A stretch of 64,000 nucleotides of DNA from Callorhinchus milii (GCF_018977255.1 NW_024704742.1:15378001-15442000), one strand, 5' to 3'; shown: positions 41,526-54,084, numbered from the stretch's first letter. Notes: generated from the letters alone by a model not told the origin. Translations and numbers: made by a program.

Positions 41526-42714
41526 AGTAAGCAGGTCAGAGAGGTAGGGAGGTGCCTGGGCATGAAGGGTTCAACTTAATTCTGATATTCCATCTCCTGA
41601 CATGTCACCTTGGAGCCACCTCAGGCCTAAAGAGACCAATCTTACCTTTCCCTAAGGAGACAGTATCAAAACCCGACTTTTCACTGAAACAGCAGAAGTG
41701 CTGGGAGCTAGAGCTAAGTGATGAGATGCCACACATCCATTCCTAACCTCGGAAATGCAATACATATGTGCAGATCCCATTGCGAGGTCAGCCACATCAT
41801 GTAGAGATATTTATATAAATCCATATAATATATAAACAAACCGTATACTTATGTAAATGTTAAGATACAGATGGGGTGTATTTACTTTTGTATAAACAGC
41901 ATTTATTTTGAATTTGATCCTATAGCAGAACTATTGCTGGTGCATGCCAAACAATACAATTGTCACACAGATTTGCACTGAAAGAAACAGCAGCTTGTAC
42001 TTTCATACATTTCTTTGTAGAATGAAAGTCTAAAGAGACTTCAACACTTATGATAGAGAGAGATGAGCATGCAGAAAGGATGAAGGGATATTGACCAAAA
42101 TGGGGGTGAAAAAATATTTCCAGGAGGGTTTTTGTGAAGGAAGAGAAAGAAAAAACAATTTTATTTAATCAACCTGATGTCTAACACACCATGCTTTAGT
42201 CTCCTAACCAAATGACTTAACGGTTCCACATATGTGTGGTTTCAGCTTGTCTTGCAATGGAATGCACACTCTCTCCCTGCAGACGTTCACCTAGTTTACC
42301 TAATCCCAGAGCATTTAGGTGTAAGTTGGTAAGAGCCAAGTTCGGTATCCCAGAATGTATGTTGGTGTACTGCTGACATTTAACCAAAGAAACAAGACAT
42401 AGAAGTTTTAAAAAGAGTGTTCCGGAGGACAAAAGCATAGGAAATGATGACTTGATCACTGAGAGTGGGATAGTTTAATTTGCCTATATTGACAAAATTG
42501 AGCTACTTGAATTAAAACAAGAAAACACACTCCTTGTGCCATTTGTTTGTCAAGGAAAAAAGAAATCCAATGACATTCAATATTAACTGCACATTTAATC
42601 TTTTGAGGTCTGGATTTATTTGCAAGCATACTTATAGTTGAATAGAAATAGCTATTAAGTGGTGTTGCAGAGTGTATGGTTTTGTTGAATGGCACAAACT
42701 AAATCATCACTTAC

Positions 42715-42879
42715 TGGGTGGTGCTGATAGTTGCTGCTTCCTGTCTGTGTCATCAGCATTGCTGGCCTTGGGTAGTGAACTGGGAATGCAAAAGGCTGCT
42801 GATATTTAAGGCATGTTGCACAAGCTGGATATGCCAGAGGTGGGAAAGGGCTAGCAGATGGCTGTGAAAATCCTGCGAC
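42715..42879 (-). CDS. TNIP3: TNIP3 coding exon (Pro-rich, CxxC)
   Basis: VAGFSQPSASPFPPLAYPACATCLKYQQPFAFPVHYPRPAMLMTQTGSSNYQHHP. Acceptor ttttttggccag, donor CA|GTAAGT, 165 bp, phase 0/0. Confidence 0.8.
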
Positions 42880-45800
42880 CTGGCCAAAAAAAAAACCCCA
42901 CATTATTTGGAAATATTCAATTTAAACCGTGAATACAATATCTTTCCCTCAGAAACAGTATATTTATACCATTTCGCAAGATGTTAAAGAAAATACAACT
43001 GAAACATTGGACAGCAAATAGCTTTTCTCCCCCTCTATTGTATTTCTATTTATTATTTGTTTATTATTATTTCTATGTATGTGTTTTACTATTTCTTCCC
43101 CGACTCTGTCTGAACAGGTCGATAGGATCTTGATTTCATGTCTCCTCTGATGGACAACACCTTCAACAGTGCAGATACACCCCCATCACTGGATTGAAGT
43201 ATAACACTTTAAATCCTGTCGTCAAAATCCTGACGTACCCAAGCCCAGCAATGTTGATGACGCACACAGGAAGCAGCAGTGGTGATTTAGTTTGTACCAG
43301 TCAACAAAACCATATACTACACTACCGGAGACAACTTAACAGCTATTTCTGTTGAAGTATAATCATTGATAAATAGCTTGTCAAGTGACCTGAACATATG
43401 GATGTGTTCTAAGGTAAGTACTAACTGGGAGTAAAACTGTACTTTCTTCTGCTCTTATTAATGCATTCTTTGGCAGGAGCACTGTCTCCAATACCACACA
43501 CTAACACATCCAGAGATGAGTTTCCTCACTGCCTCTAGAACCCACAATGCTGGAAGGCAAGATAAACGGTGCCTCCCAGTGGTCTCAATACACTGAAAGC
43601 CATTATTTTCTGGCTGTGACTTTCGTCAGTCGGTAACACAAACAGGACAAATCGAGAGCATCAACAGCCAGCAGCCTGCTGCAAAGCTTTTTCTATTTGA
43701 ATTACTACTGCAGTAATCCACAGCATAACCACAGAATTTAACAAGCGCATGACTGGAGGGGGTGAGCATTTCAAGTCTGGTCAGCTTTCCAGAGGCAGGA
43801 AATTAACTGACATTCAAGATTACGGTGGGACAGCAAAGCCATTGAACACTTGCCAATTAAGCTGCAACAGCTCCAGCTCAGGATGCAAGTTCATAATGAC
43901 TAGTGAAGAGATATTCTTTTCTAAAATTAATTCTCCAGAGTTATGCTGACTTTAAAAGTCCTCATGGAAGGCTGGTCCTCTAGAACAGTGCTCGATATTC
44001 CCACATTGCAATGAGATCAGAAATATGCTTATGATTTTACTCTCTTTATCCTCACAGAAGAGGAATTGTACCCTTTAGAAACCAAATCAAAACCTTTCTC
44101 TGGCATTCATGCACACAGGATTCTCTCTGGTATTGTCCCGCCCCTCTCCCCATGTTATCTTTGTTATTAGGAACTTACTTAAAAAAGGAACCATGATGCA
44201 GCAATAAGGAAACGGTTATTAATGAGAGCTGGAGAGACTGAGCCCCACTTCCTCACAGTTCCAGTAACTCGCAGCTATTCACAGCACTGACTTTGAATTG
44301 AGAATTTAATCTGAGTGTCACCCGGTTCCATGGTACTGCTGTTCCCACACCCTCACACTACCAGTTAACAAATAGGGGAATAAATAGGGACATTGCTAAC
44401 ATAATGGAAGAAATATGAATTATGCTGTTTAACGTTAGTGCTTTTATTACAATAAAGTAGTTTCACTCTTAAAAATTACTATTTGAAAGAGAAGCGAGTT
44501 TCTCCCAGTATGCTGGCCAACAATCCCACATACAAAATTGAGTCATTCACATCATGCCTGTTTGTGGGGCATTGCTGTGTGCAAATTGGCTGCCGAGTCC
44601 ACCTACAAAATACAGTCATGACACTTTGCAATGCATTCGTTGCAGCGCTTTGAGACATCATCCTGAAGTGGAAGGTGTGATATCAAATGTGAGGATTATT
44701 ATTATTAGTAGTATTTGGAAGTGCTATGTAGAATGGTTAAAAATGCTTAAGGCACATGATTTCTGTGAATGTAAAATTTATTGTGAGATAAGAGTTTTAC
44801 GTTTTAAACTGCAATTTGTTTTACCTTTGACCAATGTAAGTAACTCTCACCAGTCAGCTCCTTCGCAGAACAACTAATAACAGCAGGAGACACAGAGTGG
44901 GAAGTGTGTGGAAGCAAAGTGGACTTTAACCAAACAAATGCCACGTTATTCAGGTCTCTCTCTGGTTTAAAACACTCCCACATCTCATGCAAATGTGTCT
45001 GTACTGGTAATGACATTTAGCCATAATTGCTGTTGTGGCATTTTCTGCTGACCCAGTCAGCAGAACCCATCTCTTTATTTAATCTCCTTCAGATGGGAAA
45101 CGTCACTGATAAATTCTAGACTACCCAATTGTTTAACAGTGTGCTTATCATTAATAATCATTGCATTTGATATAGCACTTTATCATCTGTGAGAGATGTC
45201 TCAAAGTGCTTCACAGAATATACTGTAAGGTGAGTTGACTGTATTTTTGTGGGCGAAACACAGCAGCCAATTGCACACATCAGTATCCCACAAACTGTCA
45301 TGGATTCAGTTTCCAAATTATAATTTTTTTTATTACCCCTGGAAAAGTGATCCGGCAATCAATTAACAACTGGATTCCTACTTGCTGCTAGGTAAACAGA
45401 AGGTATTTAATATCAGCTTAGACGTATAATTTGTTTACTTGTCAACTTTCTCTACAAATGCTGTAACTTCCTCTTCTGTTTTTGAGGCCTTAAATTTGTT
45501 AGGCTTTGGAACCAAAGACCCAAAATGTAAGATTCGGCAGAATTTTGGAAAATTCTTAAATTTAGTCTTAACTTGGGGAGCCGAGCTTCCCACAGCTATT
45601 TTAACAGGGAGTCATAGGGCACCCAGCACTAGAGAAATACCTCACTGGAAATATAAAAGAGTCAATCATTTACAGAAGTTGGAAAGAGAGAAAAGTGGGG
45701 GAGAAGATTGAACAATTAAAAAGAAATGGAGTCCTTTCAACACTCTCAACTCTGAGTCAGACAGACCCATTGGATTCAAGCCCCATGTTGGGACTCTGAA

Positions 45801-46388
45801 TTCACAGTCTAGGCAGACACAACAGTGAGAAGCACTGCGAGTGTGCGGCATTTGTCAGAAATGTCGTCCTTCAGATGAGATGGTAAACTAAGGTCCTGTC
45901 TAACTGAAACTTTTGGCAGCATCTAACACAAACAGGATAAATCGACAGTATTAGCAGCCAGCCACAGCTGTGGGAAACTGGGATCCAAATTAAGACAAAA
46001 TTTAAGAATTTTCCAAAATTCTGCACAATCTTATATTTTAGGAATTTTGGTTCTAAAGGCTAATGAATTTCAGGCCTCAGAACAGAAGGAGGAGGAACAT
46101 TAAAGGCAATATTCAAAAAGCGCAAGGGAGTTTTCCCAGTGTCCTGACTAATAAATCCCACAGATAATATTGGTCATTCACTTCGTAGCTGTTTGTGGGA
46201 TATTGTTGTGCGCAAATTGACTGTTGTGTTTGCTTACACAGTCACTACACTTTACATAACTCCTGTGAATCACTTTGAGATGTTCTCTTGATGTAAAAGG
46301 TATTATTAATATTGATTGCTTTTACAAACCAACCACTGACAGCAAACCCTTTTGGGTTAATCCCATGTTTACCATTCATATCCCATAC

Positions 46389-46463
46389 CTGCTTCTGCAG
46401 TTTCATCTCCATGGAATCATTAGTTTTCTTTTCCTTTTTAACATCTTCCTCATAAATCTTAAC
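46389..46463 (-). CDS. TNIP3: TNIP3 coding exon (post-UBAN coiled coil)
   Basis: VKIYEEDVKKEKKTNDSMEMKLQKQ. Acceptor tctttcctcag, donor CAG|GTATGG, 75 bp, phase 0/0. Confidence 0.8.
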
Positions 46464-46588
46464 CTGAGGAAAGAGAAAACAAGTCTTATAATAATAATAA
46501 TCCTTGCATTTGATATATGAGGATCTTGAAATAAATCTTTTCAGAGAAACAGAAACTAATTGCATAAAATGGGTTACTGTGGTCATAC

Positions 46589-46714
46589 CTGTGCTTTAAG
46601 TAAAGTCAACTTGGATTGTAAATGCTCAATGTTTTTTTTCAGATCTTCTTTTTCCTCATTCATTCGTTCCCGATCACACCGTTCTTTCTGAAAATCTTCT
46701 TCAAAAATTTGTAC
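46589..46714 (-). CDS. TNIP3: TNIP3 UBAN/AHD2 exon
   Basis: VQIFEEDFQKERCDRERMNEEKEDLKKNIEHLQSKLTLLKAQ, with the canonical UBAN DFxxER motif shared by ABINs, NEMO and optineurin. Acceptor tttccaag, donor CAG|GTATGA, 126 bp. Confidence 0.95.
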
Positions 46715-47114
46715 CTTGGAAAGACCAAGACGTAATGTAAAAACCCTATGGATATTTAATCAATTTAATTTCATCTTGTTAAATACATATCCCTTCTTTT
46801 TTGCTCTTTGCTGTACACAGAGCAAATAATGCAAAGCTGCTTCGAGGAGACATTTAACGGCAGTCTTAAAATGAAGAAAGTTTAAATACAACAGAAAGCT
46901 TGCTTCATTTTAAGAGTGCATTGAAGGATCTGACAAATTCTGGACTGTGTCTAGACCAAACCGGAAGCCTTCCCTAACCCGTTCAATGTAATAGACACAA
47001 TAAGAAAACAAGCCACTACTTTGTCCTTTATTGCAAGAGAAAACTCATACACAAAATAGACATGTAAAGAAGGTAAGTCAAAGGTCAGAGCTTTCCTTAC
47101 TGAATCCATATTAC

Positions 47115-47240
47115 CTGATGTTTCAGGACTTCAATCTGGGTCCTCATCTCATCAGAACTTGCTTTTCTCAAAGACTCTCCACTTTGAAAGCTGTGATGTA
47201 GGAATGACACTTGCTGTTTTGCCAAAGCTTCAGACAGTTT
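47115..47240 (-). CDS. TNIP3: TNIP3 coding exon
   Basis: KLSEALAKQQVSFLHHSFQSGESLRKASSDEMRTQIEVLKHQ; EMRTQIEVLK.Q leads into the UBAN. Acceptor ttttttatag, donor CAG|GTAAT, 126 bp. Confidence 0.9.
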
Positions 47241-48131
47241 CTATAAAAAAAAGTCAAAATCAACAAAAACAAGGATTGATTTGACTACACTAGCTCATCA
47301 GAACTTGAGAAATGGTCAAGAATAGAAAGTCACACTGTAAACAGGTAAGGATACAGAGCCAGCACACGAAAACTCCAATGCCTTGATCCACTATGTAAGG
47401 GTTTTTTCAGTTATTTTCTAATGATTCGCATATACTTTTGATACAAGCCTTCGAAATGGCTGCACCGCTTTACAGTGTGAAGACCTGCAGATATTATTTA
47501 GGAAAAGAATAACTGCAATCCAATACATTCAGATTAAACAAAAATAAACAATAATAATAGTTACATAGACATGTAAAGAAGGTAAGTAATTTGGTATGGC
47601 ATGTTGCACATCTGGAGGATGGCTCAAAATGCTTCATAGGAATTATTTATTGTAAAATGTATTGTAATTTCGCTCACAATTATACAATCAATTCACTTTA
47701 CAATCTATTCTGTGAAGTGCTTTGAGACGTCTAGAAGATGTGAAAAGCGCTATATGAAACCACAACCTTCTGATGGATTGAGCCAGTCGGACTCCAATCA
47801 CTCTCAAGGGAGCCTCTTTCATATTATCATGATCGGGTAGTTCTTTGCATCTCTGCAGTATTCTTTGCTCTATCTCGGACTAGAATTATATGTACAAGGC
47901 AGCATTTTCCTTTGCCTTCATCAGTATTACAATACAAAATTACATCCGTTCTATCAGACAGTCAGCACACTGGCTAAATGTAGTTCCTTCAGAAGAGCTT
48001 TGAGGTGATTTAATGTCAGGATAATGCACTATATCAAATGCAAAGATTATTATATTATTGTTGCTAAAGCATACAATTCTACTGTGATCACACAGATCCC
48101 AGATAATATGAACTGTAGTTATTGTACAAAC

Positions 48132-48260
48132 CTTATTAAGGCGATCTACTTCATGTTCATAATATCTCTTTTGTTTGGTTACTGAAGCATTGTGTTCTTT
48201 CAAGCGTGTGTTCAGTTCTTTAGACTCATCTAATTCTGCATTTAGTGCCTGCTTCTTTTT
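48132..48260 (-). CDS. TNIP3: TNIP3 coiled-coil exon
   Basis: KKKQALNAELDESKELNTRLKEHNASVTKQKRYYEHEVDRLNK; Y.E.E..RLNK is conserved in TNIP1 and TNIP3. 129 bp, phase 0/0. Confidence 0.9.
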
Positions 48261-48488
48261 CTTCAAAAGAGAAAAAAAAATTATAAACCCACAGAAGGAG
48301 AGGAGATTAGAGAGGAGCAGTTCTGGTAAAATCAAAGTAGGGATTGTGCAGCGATGCAGATAATAGTAAATAACCTGCTGCAGCATGTCAGATTCAGACA
48401 AGCTGCAATACTATCTGCTAAACAAACATGATCATTCATATTCGAACGTCAGTTTGTTTTTTGAAGGTTTCAATGGGTGAAGACGTAC

Positions 48489-48620
48489 TTCTGCTGTTTC
48501 AAGTTTTGTTTTGGCAAAAAGCAGTTTCTTGTCAAATTCCCTCTGCTTTTGGGCTAATTTTGTCTCCAGATCATCCAGGGACCTCTGAGAAGTGGTCAAT
48601 CTTTGTCTCAGCTGCAAAAC
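48489..48620 (-). CDS. TNIP3: TNIP3 coiled-coil exon
   Basis: VLQLRQRLTTSQRSLDDLETKLAQKQREFDKKLLFAKTKLETAE. Acceptor attttcag, donor AA|GTACGT, 132 bp. Confidence 0.9.
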
Positions 48621-49704
48621 CTGAAAATCAATGAGGCACCTGTTAGAACGGTAGACCAAGGACGGCTCAAGAGGGATGATTGCATCAAATTAATGTTATC
48701 CGGGTTGGGGGGGTGGTTGTGACCAAAGGCACGGTGGAAGATCTATTATGAAATGCTCAGCTTATAGCTCAATTGGGGTGTACACCCCATCGTATACCTA
48801 CCCCCAAAAATCCAAAATGCAGCACACAAGAAATGACTTTGTTTTGGCTTTGGCGCATTGTAACAGAAGTAGGCCATTCAGCCCCTCGAGCCTGTTCAAC
48901 CATTCAGCCTGTTCATTGCTGATTTGTACCTCAACTCTATTTATCCTTCTTTTCTCCATATCCCTTGATATCATTACCTTACAAATATCTATCAACCACT
49001 GAAAACTTACCCAATATCCTCAATATTTTGAGGGAAAGAATTCCAGAATTCCAGAATCCTTTGCATGATAAAATGCTCTCTGTTTTCACTCCTAAACTGA
49101 CCTAACACTAATTTTAAGAATGTCCCCCCCGTTAATAATTTCAAACTTTCTGCCCTTCTTTTCCTTGTCAGAGGTTACACAATATCATCCTCCGTCAAGA
49201 GGCTGGCCAGGAAATTGCTCCCTGACCTTTGTGGATGCAGCTCTGTGACCTGTCATTAGGGGGCAGATGAGAGCAACATGCAACCAAAGACATAAGACAA
49301 CTATTGTAACCTTGCTCTTATAACCTTTTTGATCAGAGACCTGAAATTCTACCTGGCCTCAGCCTGTGTGACTATTTGAATCTAGGCCAGTCAATAGACA
49401 AGCCTGAAGAGTGCAGGAGTAGGTCTAGTATCTATTTCCTTAAAATAAAAATACACCAGATTTGTAAAGTGGTGCATAAGTTTGCAGGATTTCTCCATGA
49501 AATAATCAGATCATCTGGACACTGCACAGGGATAAACACAGACTCACAGATATACACATACAGACATACACAAACACAGACACACAGGTACACAAACAAA
49601 CACACAGTCACACACAAACACAAAGATACCAACACACACATACACTCACACACATTCACACACACACACAGAGCCAAACACTTGGAACAAGCACTGTTGC
49701 TTAC

Positions 49705-49770
49705 CTTCTGTTCGTACTGCGCCTTCATATTCCTGAATTGCTGGTCCCACTGCTTGTTTACCTCCAGTAG
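49705..49770 (-). CDS. TNIP3: TNIP3 AHD1 exon
   Basis: LLEVNKQWDQQFRNMKAQYEQK, the ABIN homology domain 1 signature LLEVN.QWD. Donor AAG|GTAAG, 66 bp. Confidence 0.95.
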
Positions 49771-50092
49771 CTGCCATTATAATAAATTCATTGAGCCACA
49801 TCAAACAAAATGGAAACATTTCTCCATATGCACAGACCAAAGCTTAAGAGTGTTTTGGTATCTTAAAATAAAAGGAAAATAAAAACACTTGCAGGGATTT
49901 TTGGAAATGTCTCCTCTCCCACACCCAGCCAATGCGCCATGTTTATGATGTGCCAGTGATTTCACTTCCTTCACAAAATCAGCAGCACCTACTGTGTGTG
50001 CATCTAATGATGTTAGTAGAGCCTTATATGCAGTGCCCAGCAAGTGACCTGAGCTATGATCTGACAAGCCATGGTAGTCGGCCATGTTTTAT

Positions 50093-50404
50093 TATAATAA
50101 TCTTTGCATTTGATATAGCGCTTTTCACGTCTTCTTGACATTCCAAAGCGCTTCACAGAATATGCTGTAAAGTGAATTGACTGTATATTTGTGGGCAAAA
50201 CGCGGCAGCCAATTGCACACAGCAGTGTCCCACAAACAGTCGTGGATTGAAACTGACCAAGTTATTATTGTTTTGTTTTTTGGAGGGATTATTATTAGGT
50301 GTGTGGAGTAAGGAAACTTGCCCAAGGTTTCGCCCTACCTGGAATTGAACCCAGGTGTCTCGCTTGCAAGGCGAGTGCTCTAACCACTGAGCTACAGGAC
50401 TCCA
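50093..50404 (-). mobile_element. Full-length young tRNA-derived SINE
   Basis: A box TAGCTCAGTGG, B box GGTTCAATTCC; same body and tail as 1549-1872. Confidence 0.9.
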
Positions 50405-51689
50405 CAATATTGCGGGCAGATAACCACTGAGCTACAGAGCTCCACAATATTGCAGGCAGCCAGCTGGTCAGCGTTAGTTACACAGGTCAACATTAGATTC
50501 ATACTGTTGATCATATCATTCAAATGCAATGCTGTGGTAGTTTAGCATCCTACCAGCAGCACATTAGGTTAGATCACACAGAGAACAATCCCTTTCAAAG
50601 GATAATAGATATGTGGAAGTGATTGCAGAAGTTATGATCTAATCTATAATAATAACAATCCTTGCATTTGGTTTGGTGCCTTTCATGTCAGGAGGATGTC
50701 CCAAAGCACTTCACAGGATTAACTGTGGAGTAGCTGTGCATTTGTAGATGAATGCAGCAGACCAATCATGGACACCAATGTCCGACAAACAGCCAAGAAT
50801 GAATGACCAGTTCTATTTGGGGGGATTGTTGTCCAGAACATCAGGCAAAACTCCCTTCTTTTCGAAAAGTGCCATGGGATATTTAATAAACCTAAACAGG
50901 CTCGGTTTAACACCTCACCAGAAGGACGGCACCTCCGACAATACTTTGGAGTGTCAGCTCAGACTATGCGAGCTCATGTTCCAACATAGGGCTTAAATCC
51001 CCAACTTTGCTGATTGATTGCTTTTTCCTTGTTACCTGGGATATGGTTGTTTTAAAAGCTGTGGAAAACTGCCATCCAAATTAAAACGGGTTTTAAGAAA
51101 TTTAAAAAATGGTTTCAAAACTATAATCATGGAGAAATCTGGGTCACCGGTATCCCAGTAGCAAAATATATTGCTAGTATTTTATTAGGGAGCATGAGAT
51201 CAAAGATGGTCAGTTACTGGAAGTGAGAGACTTGGAGGAACACAATTCTAGTTCACACAATAGCCCACATCATACAAGGAAAAAGCATTTTTAAGTTCTG
51301 TAACAAATAATAATAATTCTGACATTTGATATAGCACATAATTACATTGAAAAGTTTCAAAGCACCTCACATTTTTTAAGTATAATGATTGTATTGTATG
51401 AGAATGTAGCAGCCAGTTTGCACACAGCAATGCCTAAAAAGCAGCTAGGGGGGTAAATTACCTATTTAACTGTGGTTTGTTGGCCAGGACACTGGAAGTC
51501 ATTAATTTCTCTACTTAGAAAGTGCCATGGGATCTTTGGCCACAGTGTGGTTTATAAGGTTAAAGGCTAGTATGGAACACAGACAAAATCAAGCGTTGTG
51601 CCGCAAGGGCAACAACAATTCTTCAGTGTTTACTTTTTAGGTGAGTCCAGCTGAGATTTCACAGGTAAAGTAAAGTTTAATAAAGTTAC

Positions 51690-51791
51690 CTCTTTTTTCT
51701 GATTTTCCAGAAGTGTAATCTGTCCTTCAAGTGCCTCTCTTCCATCTGTGGAACACTTTGTCTGTTTTTCAATTTCCATTCCAATTACATC
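51690..51791 (-). CDS. TNIP3: TNIP3 coding exon (start of AHD1)
   Basis: DVIGMEIEKQTKCSTDGREALEGQITLLENQKKE, joining LLEVN in frame. Acceptor tttttctttgttag, donor GAG|GTAACT, 102 bp. Confidence 0.88.
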
Positions 51792-52274
51792 CTAACAAAG
51801 AAAAAAAAGTTTTTTTTAAACTCTTCCAATTTCCAACTTGCAGGAGCTCCAATCTACCCTTGTCAGCTGTGTCATGACCAATCTGTGACTATCATCACAG
51901 GGAAGGGCAGGAGGGAATAGATGAATGAATTGCCTCTGGGCTAGCTACATTATTGACATTCATGGGAGGGGTGGGGCAGAGGTGATTCAGCTCTCCATGT
52001 TGGATTGGCGAGGCAGATCTGGATCACTCTACCTGTCTCAACATGGGATTTGGACAAATAATTGAAAAAGAAATTGTAAAAAGGGCATCAAAAAACAGCA
52101 GGGGGTAGAACTAAGTGGATAGGACTTTCATAGAGCTGGTACAAGCATAATGGGACAAACCGTGTACAGGGAAATTCTATTGAGGTTTGCAGAAATGGAG
52201 ATGAGGGGATGGCACATTTTCTGGCAACCTCCAATGTGACTTAAGTTTAACCTCAGAAAAGCTATCCTAATGCT

Positions 52275-52330
52275 AAGAGATCAACAACTTTGAAAGAGAT
52301 CAACAACTTTGAAAGAGATCAACAACTTTG
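52275..52330. repeat. 19-bp tandem repeat x3 (AAGAGATCAACAACTTTGA)
   Basis: Three adjacent copies with no spacers. Confidence 0.95.
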
Positions 52331-53054
52331 GGCTACATTAACACCAGCGGTGTGCCCCTAAACCACTAGGCACTGAATTGCTAATCACTAAATGCATTTC
52401 AGTGGGAACCATAAAGCCAATAGAGAGAGGAAATGTTCACTCACTCAGTCTATGCTGAATTCAAAGCTGAACCCTGGACCAAAAAGTCATGTGCTATCCA
52501 AAATCTAATACACATATATTTTTGTTCAAACATTGATGACATTGACAAGAGAATTGCCTTGGATGAATCATTGTGCCCATATTTTACATTGTAATGACAA
52601 GATTGCTGCAGTATCTGAGAAATTGGCCAAGTGAGGTTCCAAACAGTAAATCCTGCAAGTTACCAAACCTGTGTCATTCCGACCCATGTGAACTCTGCTT
52701 TGATGCCCCCAGACGTATATTACAACAGAGCAGAGTTTCCACGGAATGGTGTGCATCATCACATCCACGTACCCTCATGAAACGTTATTTGGGCCTCCCG
52801 TTATGAATACCAATGACAATATATCCACTGACGTTTATAAGGTTCAGAATTTAAAACAGGAAATGCTTCAAATGTATCCTCATCCCAGGAGAATCAATAT
52901 GTGAAAGAGTCAGGTGGGTTGTTGTTTCAAGGATGGACTCTAACCAAAAATGGAACAATTGAGATGTAGAAACCCTTTTAACAGGCTGGAAATGATCACT
53001 TTGGACCAGATCAAGAAATAAATATCTGTTACTGAGATTGCTGATCTGCCCTAC

Positions 53055-53095
53055 TTGGTCTCCTCTGTCCGTTGACACGATCCCAGTAGACTGAG
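53055..53095 (-). CDS. TNIP3: Putative small TNIP3 exon (donor uncertain)
   Basis: Acceptor ttcttccctaaag|CT in phase 1 gives (A)QSTGIVSTDRGDQ. Donor CAA|GTAGGG restores phase 0, but later in-frame donors are possible because the frame stays open to 52851. Confidence 0.4.
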
Positions 53096-53865
53096 CTTTA
53101 GGGAAGAATTAGGAAACAATAGGAAGAAGGAGAACCAACAAGAAGATAAGAGAACTAAAAAAAAAAGCCTTTCATTTAGGGAAGGCATCTTGAAGTGCTT
53201 CATCAGATTTTACTGTAAAGTGTACGGAATGTGCATTTTGTAGGTGTAAAGAAAAAAAGTCTGAAGCATGAATCATCTTACAATACTGAAAGGCAGAAAG
53301 AGGAGCAGAAAGATATGACTAGAAAATCAGACACAAAAGAAATCCATAGAATCAAGTTTCTATGCAATCCACATCCCCCTATCTCTTTCCTTCTCATAAA
53401 CATGGACAAAAAAATGATGTCTGCAGTATAATAATATCCATTCTTCACAGGGTGTATTTTTGATCATGAGAGTTTCAAAGGAAATTCATGGGAGAACCAA
53501 GAACAAATAAAATCAAAATAAGGAATGAGCATGAAAAAATCTGAATCTAATCTGACAACTGGATACATGAGGAACTAAGCTAGATTTAATGAGTTCAAAA
53601 CAAATTTTGTTTGAATTTTTGAATTAATCAAGCTTTCCTTATAATTTTGTTCAAAGTAAAAGGATTTTTCGCAAAGCTTAACACCAATGATATGAGCAAA
53701 ACATCAGCCATGCATGACATATGTTGATGGCAAGCCAGAAAACACTAATCTAGTGATATTTTGTGTAGCAATTCTGAAAGAGTTAATTACAGACACTCTC
53801 AGAATCAGGCGTATACTAGATAAGAGAAAAGATAAAATAAATGTTTTAGTTTTAAGACATTTTAC

Positions 53866-53989
53866 CTTCTTGATCTGAGTTCACACATCTTTCAAGAATC
53901 TCTCCTTCCTGTTTCAACAGAAACCCAGTGTTTATGAATCCTGATACATTCGTTTCTTCAAAGTGGAGGTAACAACTGGAGTGTTTTAG
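53866..53989 (-). CDS. TNIP3: Putative TNIP3 N-terminal exon
   Basis: Open 124-bp block LKHSSCYLHFEETNVSGFINTGFLLKQEGEILERCVNSDQE between atgtag| and AAG|GTAAAA; phases fit the neighbours. No recognisable homology. Confidence 0.5.
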
Positions 53990-54084
53990 CTACATTTGAA
54001 ACACACTGCATTCTGATTTGATTCTAAGCCTGCTCACATCTAGGCTATTAAACAATCCCAGTTCCTCTATCACATTTAGAAGCA

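Noticed and set aside
52275..52330. CRISPR-like repeat array
   Set aside because: Contiguous 19-bp tandem copies without spacers, no cas genes, vertebrate context.
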